This document shows positions 14,257 through 27,633 of a stretch of 64,000 nucleotides of DNA, piece by piece. Under the pieces are notes generated by a model. It was given only the letters and a program-made list of their open reading frames with translations. It was not told where the DNA came from and did no database searches. Made by a program: the position numbers and the translations under genes. Every line of letters starts with the position of its first letter. The first letter of the stretch is position 1. This DNA is from Octopus vulgaris (Eukaryota): assembly GCA_951406725.2 (NCBI GenBank), contig OX597816.1, forward strand, positions 151,528,001 to 151,592,000. The letters are read 5' to 3'.

Positions 14257-15899
14257 GATGTTTAAGTTGTCAAGATGATGTAGATGTGTTTCGAGTGGAA
14301 TCCCGGTATTCCCAGTTAAAATTCCGTCAGACTCAGCATTTTAATGCTACGCCTATAAAATAAATGCTTGCAATATACGAGGTTGATTCCCTCGACTGTT
14401 CACTGTCCCTTACACAAATTGGTATTCTGCCCAAATCAGAATAAACTGACATTCATTTATTTCAGAAAGGAATGTGTTGGTTTAATTAAATTGATATTCT
14501 GTCAAGTCTCAGTTAACATTAAGTACTTACTGGAAACGTGTTCGGGCAAAAAATGTTGAATCGTTGCCAAGTTTGCGAGTATGACAATAAAAATGGTGTT
14601 GCTGAGTTTATTTCAGGAACGATATTTAGTTTCTTATGTTATTACTATTCACATGAAAACTAGTTGCGGTGATGTAACTCTAACTGTAAAAGTATTACGA
14701 TACGTATCATCTGGAATTGATTAAAATCCCTAAAGTTTCACTTTGTTTAATAGAAATAATTAAATAACTACTTTTAGGTAATCAGTAGAAACAATACTTA
14801 GCAATATTATTATCATAGATAGATAGAGAAAGAGACAGAGAAAGAGAGAGGGAGAGAAAGAGAGAGGGAGAGAAAGAGAGAGGGAGAGAAAGAGAGAGAG
14901 AGAGAGGGAGAGAGAGGTGTGGAGGAATTGTAGAAACTGTAAAATAACAAACACCAAAAACCTTGTAATTTTATACTCTTCATGTTCTGAGCTGAAACCC
15001 CTCTGGTGTTAACTTCATAATTAATACTTTTAGCGTAATAAGATAAGTACCAGTAATTAGTGACCTTGCTCTAACAAGGGCGTAAATATAACACTTTTTG
15101 AATGTAAAGAGACGTAATTAAAATACCATAATCGTTCGATCCTTCAATTCATTGCCGTTTCAAAATCAAAATAAATCGAGCCAATGCAATTACTCGAATT
15201 GTTAAAAATAGTAGCCAAATCCCTCTCTCTCTCTCCCCTCTCTCTCTCTGCCTCTCAAATTGCACCCTACTATTTTTAAAGAATGTAGGATAGATTCGAT
15301 GATGTAACCCTAGTTATCCTATGTAACAATAAAAGACAGAATGTTCCCCCATCAATTTTGTTTCATGGCTGGGTGAGAGGAAGAAAGTTGTTCTCAGATT
15401 ACAGGCCTGGTTCAAATACTTGCCTCAGAGTGGGCTCGGTTAAAGGTACTGGTAGTTGGCAACTGATTGCCTAGCAGCCAAGAAAATAAAGGTCATTCGG
15501 ACGGGTTTCCTCACAATTTCATTTTATCAAATTTCGCTCATGAGGCTAAGATCGACCCGAAGCTATAGTAGATGACATCCGTCTAAAGTCACACACAGTG
15601 AAATTGAATCCAAAGGCCCGTAGCTGAGAAGCAAAGTTCTTAACTACATTGCTATGGCTGAAGTCCGAGTGAAATCTCGGTATTCCCAGTTAAAATTCCG
15701 TCAGACTCAGCATTTCAACGCCTATAAAATAAATGCTTGCAATATTACGAGGTTGATTCCCTCGACTGTTCACTGTCCCTTACACAAATTGGTATTCTGC
15801 CCAAATCAGAATAAACTGACATCCATTTATTTCAGAAAGGAATGTGTTAGCCCAGAAAATATTTCAGTTCTGAATAGCTGCTGAGTCTCAACAAGATCA

Positions 15900-17075
15900 A
15901 GTAAGACTTTTAATGTTGCTCACATATCAAGGACAGTGCTGCTGTCATCCATGCTAGTTATTTCTTTCTCTATATTTCTCCGCCTATCTATTAATCGGTT
16001 CAATCCACAGTGTGTGGTGTGATGGTGGGTGTTATTGTTCCATTCGTGTTTTCTGTTGAGACTCGGTCTGTTGATTGCTATATGCGTAGCTTCTGTTATC
16101 TGCCTAAGTGTCGTGTCAGTTCTATGCGTTGATAATATCGTAACCTCTATGCTATTAACCGAACCTCTATGTTCTGCTTGAGCAACTTGGTAGAGCACTG
16201 ACGAGCCTTTCTCTTCTTTGAGCTCTCGCCAGTATTCACCTATACACTCCCCTATACTGCGTGCTGTCTCTCCAATGTAAGTAATTGTCATATTTCTGCA
16301 CCAGCCCTCAGTACCGCGTAAGCTATACGTTACAGTTAACCTGTGGACTCAATCTACATACAATACAATTGTTCTCCGTACATGGGGGCCAATCGAAGGG
16401 ATAAGTTCTAGAAATCTTATGAGGTCACCAGGCCTTTCTACTACTTCCATCTGTAGATTAGCTTTATCTAATGTTTTTCTAAATAGGTATGCTAGTTTGA
16501 CGCTAGGGGTAGCACCATAGAACATGACACTTTGGTATTTTTTGTTGTCATACCATGAGTTGACCTTGTCTATCTTTTTTCTGGTCCTTTCTGTGCTGTT
16601 CCAGGATTTACTCCTGTATAGCGAGCAGATCCCCTTTGCATCACTCTCTATGATGGCTTTGAACTTAGTCGTGGCTCCTTTGTACACTCTAATCCTGTCC
16701 CTTTGATTGTAGCTAGAGAACCGCATATGGTGGATGAAGTGTGTGTCTTTCCAATTCCATAGGGTTGCACATGTGAGACACATTCCTCATCACTCTCACC
16801 AAGTCTGCTGAAAGAATATTGAACTTGGTGTTGTTCGCAATAGCTGTGTTCTTGTGGGCCTGGTATTTAAAGGTCATAGGTTTGGCATAGCGGGAGTGAA
16901 TGAGCTAGACCTTACCGTTCTCGGTTTCCAGCCAGAGTTCCATATCTAAAACTGGTAGCCTATAGTTCGGGTGCTTGCTAGGGTTGTCTATCGTTACTTT
17001 AATACTTTGGTGGATGAAGTTAACTATTTGCTGGATGTTCTCCATAGTGTTAGCTTCTAGATCATCAACATTGTC
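15900..17075 (-). mobile_element. Penelope-like element relic (RT thumb plus GIY-YIG endonuclease), frameshifted
   Basis: YIGETARSIGE...RQITEATHIAINRPSLNRKHEW is a GIY-YIG C-terminus. Upstream LPVLDMELWLE and HSRYAKPM-like RT segments contain stops. Confidence 0.8.
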
Positions 17076-17384
17076 TCATAGGAGTATATATATATTTCGT
17101 TGAGCACAGTTTCCTATAACAGACGAAAACAATACATAGATACGTAGAAATATTCAGATACATATATGTATGCGTACATATACACGTACATATACAGGTA
17201 TGCATATGCATATATATTTATGTATTTACATATAGACACAGTAAAGATTTATACGTACAACCATTTGTGCCAAAGTAGATTAAAATTTAAATATAGTTCG
17301 GTAATTGTACTTGCCACACACGAGCACGCACGCAATACACACACATTCACAAACAAGTGTGTTTGTGTGTATGAGTGTGTGTGT

Positions 17385-17432
<48 letters not shown>

Positions 17433-18060
17433 CAGGTGGGAAATCAAATGAAAGCCGCGTTGAAATGATACCAGCGAAGTTATTAAATTCGCGAGATAAT
17501 TTATCATTTCAGTTTATATTCTAACATAAACTTGACGTTAACTAGGTGAAAAAATGGGTGTGAAATATGAGACAATTATGGAATCCGTTTTAATATATTA
17601 AATTTTATTCTCTTGATGTTAACTAGACTGTCATATCTAATTAAACTTATCCGCGTATTCGCTCTTTTCACTTTATATCTTTAAAATGATAAACTTTTAA
17701 ACTATTATTATCCTTATGAATTAAAATAGCGTTAATTTCTAATAGTGGCACACTGCCTTAAATTTTGAGGGAAGGTACTATTACGATAAAACTAATACCA
17801 GTATTTAACTAATGCTTTATTTCATCCACCACATGAGGAGAAATTAGTAAAGCTGACTTCAGCGGGATTTTGACTCAGATCATAAAAGATTATAAAAATA
17901 CAGTAAAACATTTTGTTCGACTTTAACGTCTGTGGAAATACAAATATCAGTCATAACAAATGTGTTTTTTCTCTTAACGCATAATTATTTCTTGTTAACT
18001 TTTTAGTGTTCACATTTCCTTAAATATGTTAAGAAACACTTTCATTCTCGCCATAGCTCA

Positions 18061-18910
18061 AAGGCGGCGAGCTGGCAGAAACGTTAGCACGCCGGGCGAA
18101 ATGCGTAGCCGTATTTCGTCTGCCGTTACGTTCTGAGTTCAAATTCCGCCGAGGTCAACTTTGCCTTTCATCCTTTCGGGGTCGATTAAATAAGTACCAG
18201 TTACGCACTGGGGGTCGATATAATCGACTTAATCCGTTTGTCTGTCCTTGTTTGTCCTCTCTATGTTTAGCCCCTTGTGGGTAGTAAAGAAATAGGTATT
18301 TCGTCTATCTTTATGTTCCGAGTTCAAATTCCGCCGAGGTCGACTTTGCCTTTCATCCCTTCGGGGTCTATAAATTAAGTACCAGTTACATACTGGGGTC
18401 GATCTAATCAACTGGCCCCCTTCCCTCAAATTTCGGGCTTTGTGCCTAGAGTAGAAAAGGATGTTTTCTTGCTGTTGTTGCAAGCAGCCTCGACCAAATC
18501 GACGTTTTAGAAGGCGCAGAGCAGGCAGAAACGTTAGTACGCCGGGCGAAATGCTTATCGGTATTTCGCCTGCCACCACGTTCTGAGTTCAAATTCTGCC
18601 GAGGTCGACTTTGCCTTTCATCCTTTCGGGGTCGATAAATTAAGTACCAATTACGCACTGGGGTTGATATAATCGACTTAATCCGTTTGTCTGTCCTTGT
18701 TTGTCCTCTCTGTGTTTAGCCCCTTGTGGGTAGTAAAGAAATAGGTATTTCGTCTGCCGTTACGTTCAAATTCCGCCGAGGTCCACTTTGCCTTTCATCC
18801 TTTCGTGGTAGATAAATGAAGTACCAGTTGCGTACTAGGGTCGATCTAATCGACTGACACCCTCCCGCAAAATTTTCAGGCCTTGTGCCAAGAGTAGGAA
18901 ACAAGAAAAG
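18061..18910 (+). mobile_element. Composite of two family-B SINE dimers within one 17-bp TSD
   Basis: Four repeats of the SINE body. ATTCTCGCCATAGCTCA occurs at 18044-18060 and 18911-18927. Confidence 0.85.
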
Positions 18911-19104
18911 ATTCTCGCCATAGCTCAGTCAGTAGAGTGGCGGATTGCAGAAGTACGTGTTTTATCAATCATCCTTTGCTACTTCAATAATACCAGAAAG
19001 GATTCAGAATGCTTCTACTCATGCATGCGAAAAGAAATTTGCATCGAACGCGATGAGCTTATTATTTTTTTAGTCATGTGGCTTTTATATATTTTGCCAA
19101 AGTA

Positions 19105-19518
19105 AAGGCGGCGAGCTGGCAGAAACGTTAGCGCCCTGGGCGAAATGCTTTGTGGTATTTCGTCTGTCGCTACATTCTGAGTTCAAATTCCGCCGAGGTC
19201 GACTTTGCCTTTCATCCTTTCGGGGTCGATTACATAAGTACCAGTTACGCACTAGGGTCGATATAATCGACTTAATCCGTTTGTCTGTCCTTGTTTATCC
19301 TCTCTGTGTTTAGCCCCTTGTGGGTAGTAAAGAAATAGGTATTTCGTCTGTCGTTACATTCTGAGTTCAAATTCTGCCGAGGTCGACTTTACCTTCCATC
19401 CTTTCGGGGTCGATAAATAAAGTACCAGTTTCGCACTGGGTCGATGTAAACGACTTAATCCGTGTGTCTGTCCTTGTTTGTCCCCTCTATGTTTAGCCCT
19501 TTGTGGGTAGTAAAGAAA
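19105..19518 (+). mobile_element. SINE family B dimer with about 18-bp TSD
   Basis: ATATATTTTGCCAAAGTA occurs at 19087-19104 and 19520-19537, and the body is duplicated internally. Confidence 0.85.
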
Positions 19519-19795
19519 TATATATTTTGCCAAAGTAGAATCATGTTCCCTCTACTTCTCGTATTCTGGCCATGCTAAAACACTGCTTCCAAGGAATGTG
19601 ATCAAATTCATGCAGCCCCGTAATTAATTCATTTACACACTTTTAAAATTACTCATTGGTTCTTTCATCATCACTTTGATATAATGAAGGCTATTTTCCT
19701 GTTCAGATGTCGCGCGCGCGTGTGCCTGTGTGCGGGTGTGTATGTGTGCCCAGCATCTACGCATATTTTAAATGTTGTGTATATGTATGACTGCA

Positions 19796-19826
<31 letters not shown>

Positions 19827-19841
19827 ATGTGTGTGTATGTA

Positions 19842-19912
<71 letters not shown>

Positions 19913-20709
19913 ACGTGTGGCAAGACTTCATTTTCTTTTGGCAAAACGCATGAAGTTTAAAATATGTTTCTATGGTTAAAAGTGCACGAGAATTTATGCT
20001 CAGTGACACATTTCCTCTCCTCGTTCCATCCCTGCCTCTGCACCAGCACCCTCATTTTCATTGCTGTGTGCCCCCTTCCTCTGTCTTTGATGATGACATA
20101 TTACATCCATATATGGTATCAAACAGCTGCAGTAACAATGACAACTGCAGACCTTATAGAAGTAACACATGTCTACAGACAAAAGAATAAGGGAAACTTC
20201 GTGTGGTGGCATGACCTGCTAGAAATAGCAGCCGAACTTATCTCAAATTACACCGCTCTGTTTCATCAAAGGACATACTGGATAATGTTGGCAGGACACA
20301 GTATTGCAGAAGAATAGATATCATGGTCACGGAGCGAAACGATCTTTGATCATTGGTCAGTCTGTTCAATCAGGTTGGAACTGGGCCTGAGCAACAAAAT
20401 CAACAACAATAATATTACATCAACAATAACAACAGCAACAATTAAGTTTGCTACTTTAGATATTTATTCATATTCTAAAATATCATTGTGTTCGTGGGAA
20501 ATTTTTGCCCTGAACTTCAAAATTAACCTAATCTCCACTGCGAAGTGTGTTTGTATGTACGCATAGGTGTGGGTCAACTTTTAACCTTGGCCTCCAAAAT
20601 TAATTTGGCTTGCAGGTTACTACATGCATATGTGTGTGCTCCCGTCGAACACGCGCACGAGCTCGATGAAATTTCGGGATGACCAAAGGTCCTTTCCAAA
20701 ATATAGACT

Positions 20710-20949
20710 CAGAAGGCCGGATTCCTGGATTCTGTGACGAATATATCTCCCTCCACCTCCTCCGCGACCGTGGACGGGACGCCACTCCACCCATCACAGG
20801 ATTACTCATTTTACGCCAGGTGACTGGACTAGAGTAACGTGAAATAAAATGTTTTGCTCAAGAACACGACACATCGCCCGATCCAGGAATTGAGACCACA
20901 ATCTTACGACCATGAATGCAGCACCCCTAGCCACTAAGTCACGTGCTTC
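20710..20949 (-). mobile_element. SINE family C (tRNA-derived)
   Basis: Minus-strand head GAAGCACGTGACTTAGTGG...GGTCTCAATTCC, then TTCTTGAGCAAAACA. An inverted relative lies at 21561-21690. Confidence 0.65.
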
Positions 20950-21560
20950 CATACGGTGATATTTACTAAAGATCAAATGATGTACTTCCAAACTAGACAA
21001 CAAGTACTTCCATTTTCTTTCATTTCCGCTGCTCTCTTTATAATGGAGGAACAGAATACTTTTCCGTATAAGTACCATGATTGACTCTCACATTCGTTTC
21101 ATAGAAATTCTATGACGAATATTTTTCATTATATCTGTTGTCTTCCTTTCTTTTAAAGAAATTCCTTAACAACCGTGGTGGACATTCCTTCACTTCCATA
21201 GTTTGGTCTCGTAAAAGAGACGTACAGTATTACAGTTGTACTGATGCGAAATTTAAGTAAAGCAAATGGGTTTTGCAATGGAACAAGAAATCAACGAACC
21301 AATTCACATGATCGCATAATTGTAGGTGACATTGTTACATGGCGTGAATATTAAGGAAAATCATAATTGCACCAAGAAATAAATTGTGATTTTCTGATAC
21401 TGCCATTTATCCTTACACAGTAACAATTTCAGGTTGGAATGGCTTTCACAATAGAAGTCAATAAATCTCAATGCCAATTATTGAACAAAACAGGTCTGCT
21501 CTCTTAACTGATCCATTTACATAAGGGCAATGACAAAAAGTACATCGAAGGCTGCAGAGT

Positions 21561-21690
21561 GAAGGCACGCGGCTTAGTGGTTATGGTGTTGCACAAAACG
21601 ATCGCAAGATCATGGTTTCGATTCCTGTCCCGGGCGGTACGTTGTATTCTTGAGCAAAAATACTTTATTTCACGTTACTCCAGTACAGTG
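21561..21690 (+). mobile_element. SINE family C head
   Basis: GGCTTAGTGG (A box), GGTTTCGATTCC (B box), and TTCTTGAGCAAAAATACTTTATTTCACGTTACTCCAG shared with the 20.8-kb copy. Confidence 0.65.
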
Positions 21691-22400
21691 GCATTGAGTT
21701 TAGGGGCGTAGTGTCGTGATCTCGGACATTTATACGTCATAGGCCTGTACACCCAACAAACGAGGTGGTATCATTTGAAAGCTACAACAATGCGAGAAAG
21801 TGTATTGTAACCAGCGGTGTGTAACGATATCCGATATTCTGGTCGATACATTGATATGCAGTGACATATAGGAACCTTCGTCGGCCAGAGTTAATCATTT
21901 ATCTGCATCTGTGTGAACAGGCCTCAACAAAGATTTTTAGGGAAAATTGCTCATTGCTCATCCATGCTGTTTCCCTTCTCCACTCCACTGATATTATTCA
22001 AGAGAAAAGCTTCCTGTTTAAGGTCGAGGCATTTTGGCACCAGTGTTACCAGTCGCTACACGCGTTACTGTCAGAACCCAAAGCACCGGAAGAAATACCA
22101 GAAGGCATCTAGTCCGATGTTTCGCTAATATTTCGTATCCGATTGGTACTTTATTTCCCGTGCCCGTAAGAACGTAAGGCAAAGCTGAACTCAGAGACAC
22201 CGAGCAAATACCCACGAGATGTTTGTATCAACATCCAAATGATTCGGTCAATTCGCTGCCTAAATACAGCGACAATATCGTAAAAATGTCATCGACATAG
22301 GTAGACTGTGATTTTCCTGTGTTAAAACGTTCTTCTAAAATTTGTATCATTCAGATACTTAAGTCACAAATTTTGCTTACTCTGTACATGTACACGCGCG

Positions 22401-22490
<90 letters not shown>

Positions 22491-23212
22491 AGTGCATAAA
22501 CGAAAGAAAAAGGCACTCAATAGTATGTAAAAAGGCACTATTGAATACATTTCTACATATATTATACACACGCATAGGCATCAGACACCTATATCTAGCA
22601 CTCATATACTTGGTATACACGCAGACACACACATACATCCTCGCCGGTATGAATGTGATGTCCCGCAAGTTCCTACCTTGAAAGACTGGATCCAGTCATT
22701 CCTTTTTTTATATAATGTATTTGGTGTCTCTGCAATATCAGTCTGACTTTTAATAACATTATTTGATCTACCCTGATCAATAGCAGTTCACCTTCCGATA
22801 ACCATCTTGGACTTCCTGCATCCCTCCATTCGGTTAACTGAGCCTAATGAGCTAGGTTTCAGTAAGAAGTCTACGACACTTTAAGTTGCATGAAGCCAAA
22901 TCAAACTATTTTAAATAATATGTACCTCCCTGCCAAAATGTGTATGTGTGTGTGTATCTTCTCTTCAAATGCTAATCCCACTATTAAATTCTGTGATTAA
23001 GCTAAACTACCATATTATCTACTACTGACCTGCTCAATTCTTCCTTCCTCTCATTCCCCTACAGTTTATTTTCTTTTCTTATTTATTTTTATTTCTCTTC
23101 CTTCTTCCCTTCTAATACTTATTTCTCCCTACATTTATATACCCTTCACATACTGTGCCCCTCCAATCCTCTCTACGTCAACATGTACCTTTAATCTAAT
23201 CAAGGTATCCTT

Positions 23213-23295
23213 GGCCTGAAGAGTAGCCAGCGGTATACACCTCGCTTGGATTTTACTACTTCTGGGGTTCCACTCGCTATGGAACATATGTAGCC
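23213..23295 (+). ncRNA. Degenerate minimal hammerhead motif (one core substitution)
   Basis: GGC / CTGAAGA / GTAGC...GCTAT / GGAA (expected GAAA) / C-ATAT-G / TA / GCC. Confidence 0.45.
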
Positions 23296-23528
23296 CATAA
23301 TATTATGCTTACGCTTTTTAGAGTAAAGCGTCAGGAGAGTACAGCATAATGTCACTTAATGAATGAGGTAACCACCTTTTCTTAGCTTACAGCTGTTTCT
23401 GGTATAAGAAACATCGCAGTCAAAGGTGAGTGCCTGTACAACATCCTGTAGCAGAAACAACTATAAGCTAATGAAGATGATTAAGTAATTCATGCATTTG
23501 CGTCGTTCATTAACTGATATAATTATGA

Positions 23529-23584
<56 letters not shown>

Positions 23585-23586
<2 letters not shown>

Positions 23587-24200
23587 GCGTAGACATGGCT
23601 GTGTGGTAAGTAGTTTGCTTACCAACCACATGGTTCCGGGTTCAGTCCCACTGCGTGGCACCTTGGGCAAGTATCTTCTACTATAGCCTCGGGCCAACTG
23701 AAGCCTTGTGAGTGGATTTGATAGACAGAAACTGAAAGAAGCTCGTCGTATATCTACTACATATGTGGAAAATCGGTGTGCGTTTGTTTGTGGCGTTGCT
23801 AGCTAACTCCATCTTTTGTGACAGTTATAACGAAATTGCTTTCTTATATCAGAGTAATAAGGCGTTTCAATAGAACATTTTTACCCCCAGGAATTACCGG
23901 GTACACCAGCTAGCATATATATATATATATATATATATAATTTTAATCCAAATGGGAAACAAAAAAACAACAACAATGGAACAATTACAGTATTATTATT
24001 ATATATATATATGCATGTGTGTGCATATGTTTGTGCGTCTGTGTTTATGACCCCGTAACTTAGCGGTTCAGCAACAGAAAACGATAGAATAAGTTCTAGG
24101 TTTACAAAGAATAAGTCCTGGGATCCTCGATTTGCTCGACTAAAGGCGGTTCTCCAGCATGGCCGCAGTCAAATAACTGAAACAAATAAAAGAATAAATA
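23585..24200 (+). mobile_element. SINE family A interrupted in its microsatellite by foreign DNA (about 23755-24000)
   Basis: The head (23585-23752) and tail (about 24010-24200) match family A. Confidence 0.75.
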
Positions 24201-24202
24201 TA

Positions 24203-24239
<37 letters not shown>

Positions 24240-24395
24240 GTATATATTATTTTTTAATCATCGTTATTAATCATCATCATCAACAAGAACAACGTTAACA
24301 GGAACATCTGCTACCGAGCAAAGCGTGAGAGGTCACACTCATTTTATATATAATGAGTATAAGTAATTGCTATCACAGAATACGTTCAGTTAGAA

Positions 24396-24409
24396 GTAAC
24401 CATAGCAAC
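24396..24409. promoter_or_regulatory. Candidate RFX X-box
   Basis: GTAACCATAGCAAC matches GTHNYY-AT-RRNAAC, with further RGCAAC half-sites nearby in unique sequence. Confidence 0.3.
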
Positions 24410-24606
24410 AGCTTCCCTTGAGCAACCGAAATTACATGAAAGCAACAGCTTGACGTGTTTTTCTTTTTCTTCGTTTTACTTTACTTTGCATCCTGTTCTT
24501 CGTTCATACTTTCACCCTAATTAAAACAAAATAAACCTTCCAAGTAAACCAGAAAAAAATTGCTGCTTTTCTTTCCTTTTCTTTTTTCTTTTGTTTTGCT
24601 TGATGT

Positions 24607-24643
<37 letters not shown>

Positions 24644-25053
24644 GTGATTGCTGTTTTCATGGCCCATTTGAATATTTCAAAAGGTACTTGCATTAAGATC
24701 TTTCTCGTCTCAGTTCCATATATGAAGAGTCTGTTGTCCTACCTTTCTCTGCATCTGCTTGTCCGTCTGACTTTCTTTCCTTACTTCCCCCACTTCTTTC
24801 TCTCTTTCTCCCTCTCTCTTGCTCCCTCTACCCCCTCTCTCTATGTCTGTAAACCAGTCTCTGTTCCCCGTGGAAAATACCCCCAGGAGAGTACTCTGCA
24901 TACTAAATATACATACGGAGAGGTGTCACATGTGTAACACGCGGAGCTGAAAACGTTAGATGATCTGAGATTATCCATGCAATTAGCAGACAAAACCTCC
25001 CTCTATGAATTCTTGAAATCGAAATCAAAGAAATTAACTGATATAAAGAATTC

Positions 25054-25271
25054 GAATCCAGGAAAAAATGTCACGGGGGTTTTGTCCGGAGAGGGGTTTT
25101 CCGGGGGTGGGGGTCCGAGGGGGTTGTCCAAGGGGGGTGTCCAGGGGGGTGTCCGGGGGAGGGTTGTCCGGGTGGGGTCCCAATCCAATAAATTAATCGT
25201 GATTTTTTTTCCTAACCAAATTTGAGGCTTTATTACTGTGACTTTTTCCTGTGAGTTTATCACCGGTCACC
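25054..25271. mobile_element. Short G-rich DNA element (GAATCC...GGTCACC family)
   Basis: Same termini and internal GGGGTTTTGTCC repeats as 40262-40445 and 59043-59183. Confidence 0.65.
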
Positions 25272-25490
25272 AAATAATTAACAGTACTGGAGTGAATTTA
25301 ATCTTTAAAACCAACTGATGAAAGCAAGACATATTTTGGTTTATTACACTTAGACCTCAACGAAACATAATTCTACCTAGTTGGCATGACTACACGTAAT
25401 CGTTATATATACGTACGTGTGTGTATAGAAATATATACATATCTTTGTATCTATAATAATGTTTGCTTATATCTGAAAGGTTACTCAATA

Positions 25491-25637
25491 CGTTCTGAGT
25501 TCAAATTCCGCCAAGGTCGACTTTGTCTTTCATCCTTTCGGGGTCGATAAATTAAGTACCAGTTGCGTACTGGGGTCGATCTAATCGACTGGCTCCCTCC
25601 CCCAAAATTTCGGGCTTTGTGCATAGAGTAGAAAATA
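25491..25637 (+). mobile_element. SINE family B, 5'-truncated
   Basis: Near-identical to the 3' unit at about 18310-18460. Confidence 0.75.
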
Positions 25638-26109
25638 ATCTAACCAGAGCACGAGCTCTTTTTTATATAAAGCAACAGTAGTCAGGTATTCATGTTCAAA
25701 TCTGCTATAACATTATTGTTTGGGTTCTCGCTGTTCTGCCAGCATCCCATGAATTATTAGGTCATTGCTATTTCCCTCGGATTCTAGCTTATTTTTCCTT
25801 TTCCTTTATGCTATCAAGAGTTACTTGTTTTCGCCACAAACACACCGCAGCGCCAATTTCGTTTAAGCATTTCATCGCGCAGCCAGTTGTCTATCGACTG
25901 TCTTTCTAGAGAGGAGACTTGGACAAAAGTTTTAATTAGACAGAAACCACACACGACAGAAATAAATAAGACAAGCAACGTGATATGAAACTGAAAAGAT
26001 GAAGAATTCTGTTATCAGATAAAAGATAACATAGATTTGAATGAGATTTGAACTCAGCCATGATAGTGTTCAAACCATCTAGTCCAGTTATGTACGATAT
26101 ATTTCGACT

Positions 26110-26815
26110 ATTATTATTATTTATTAGTTTGTCCGTGGTTGTCAACGCTGATCAAGAACATTACATGGGAGGAGACGGGGCACAGCGTATCTGACTGTAG
26201 CCAGTCAGTCCGATGCATGCTTGGAAGGCTCTGCTGCAGGTCGGGCACTGGTCGTCTGTTGGAACTGTTGGCTCTGGACTTGCGAAGTTCACATTTTTTT
26301 TTTGTGCCCCTGCATCCTGTGATGTTCGCGGGAGGTAACACCACTGTCCGTGCAGCTTCGCCAGGTAGGGTGTCTTGTGCTAGCATTTCCCAGGAGTCGG
26401 GATTGATCTCAAAGCTCTTCAGTAAGGCTTTGAGTATCCTTGAAGTGCTTTGTTTGTCCAGCTTGCGTGCACTTGTCTTGTATCAGCTCGCTGTAAAGCA
26501 GTCTCTTGCAGAGTCGTGTGTCAGACATTCGAACAAAGTGACCGGCCCACCAGACTCGCGCTCTCCTCAGCAGTGTATAAATGTTTATCAAATCAGCTCG
26601 CGAGGGAACCTCCGTGCCTGTCTTGCCAAATGAATTTCAACAGCTTTCTAAGGCATTTCATGGGAGAGCGGTTTAACTTTTTGGCGTAACGTTCATAAAC
26701 CGTCGAAGTCTCACAGGCGTACAGTAGCATTGGCTGTACAAGTGCTTTGTATACCTTCAACTTGGTGGCCAGCCTAATGCCTCTCCTCTCCCACACAGAT
26801 TCATTTCGACCATTA
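26110..26815 (-). mobile_element. RTE-clade (BovB-like) LINE 3' relic
   Basis: WERRGIRLATKLKVYKALVQPMLLYACET and WAGHFVRMSDTRLCKRLLYSEL lie in frameshifted pieces, followed by a short TAA-repeat tail. Confidence 0.85.
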
Positions 26816-26817
26816 CT

Positions 26818-26870
<53 letters not shown>

Positions 26871-27590
26871 GGAGGAAGAATTGGCAAAGGAGAAGAACAA
26901 AGGAAGAACATATGAAGGGGCTGATATATTTAGAGAGGTCATGTAAGTTCTAGAATTATTATTCTGCATGTTAAGAGTACTTGTAGTAGTGGCAGTAAAG
27001 ACGGTGGTGGTGCTATATCCTGAAAGTATTCTCGCCAATTACAATCTTTGACACGCTTGTTGCTTACAGTGAGCATCATCTAATCTCACTCTTGTCAAAA
27101 CAAAGATGTTTAAGAAAGCTCATTCTCACAAACACCAGCTGTCAATGTTTCACCAAGAATAGAATGAATGAACGGTATAAAAAAGAAATTATAAAAGTAC
27201 AGTTTATAGAGACAAAATATATGTGAAGAAGTCTAGTTGAGAAAGACGGAAGGAAATGGTCATGGCAAATTAGCCTGACACTGAGTGGCACCGATTTGTT
27301 TGGTCATCAAAGAATTCAGTTGTTGGCGGACAAGTGATTTTGTTTCAGCCTTTCGGCTGTGACAATGCTGCGCGTCATATATAGGAAGGCGTGGAAGTGC
27401 GGTAAGAAGCTTACTTCCTTCCAACCATATGGTTTCGGGTTCAGTCCTATTGCATGGCACTTTGGGTAGAGTTAACTGTCATTAAAAGAACAGGCTTATT
27501 GTGGGAAGATAAGACAGTCGTGGATACATGTTTCTGCCACAGTAGACATCATCAGTGGGTCTTGTAGACGGAAACTGATAGAAGCCCGTC

Positions 27591-27631
<41 letters not shown>

Positions 27632-27633
<2 letters not shown>

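Noticed and set aside
25315-25375. CTGATGA...CGAAAC hammerhead candidate
   Set aside because: Stems I and II do not pair. CTGATGA hits at about 5023 and 60241 likewise lack a paired stem II followed by GAAA.
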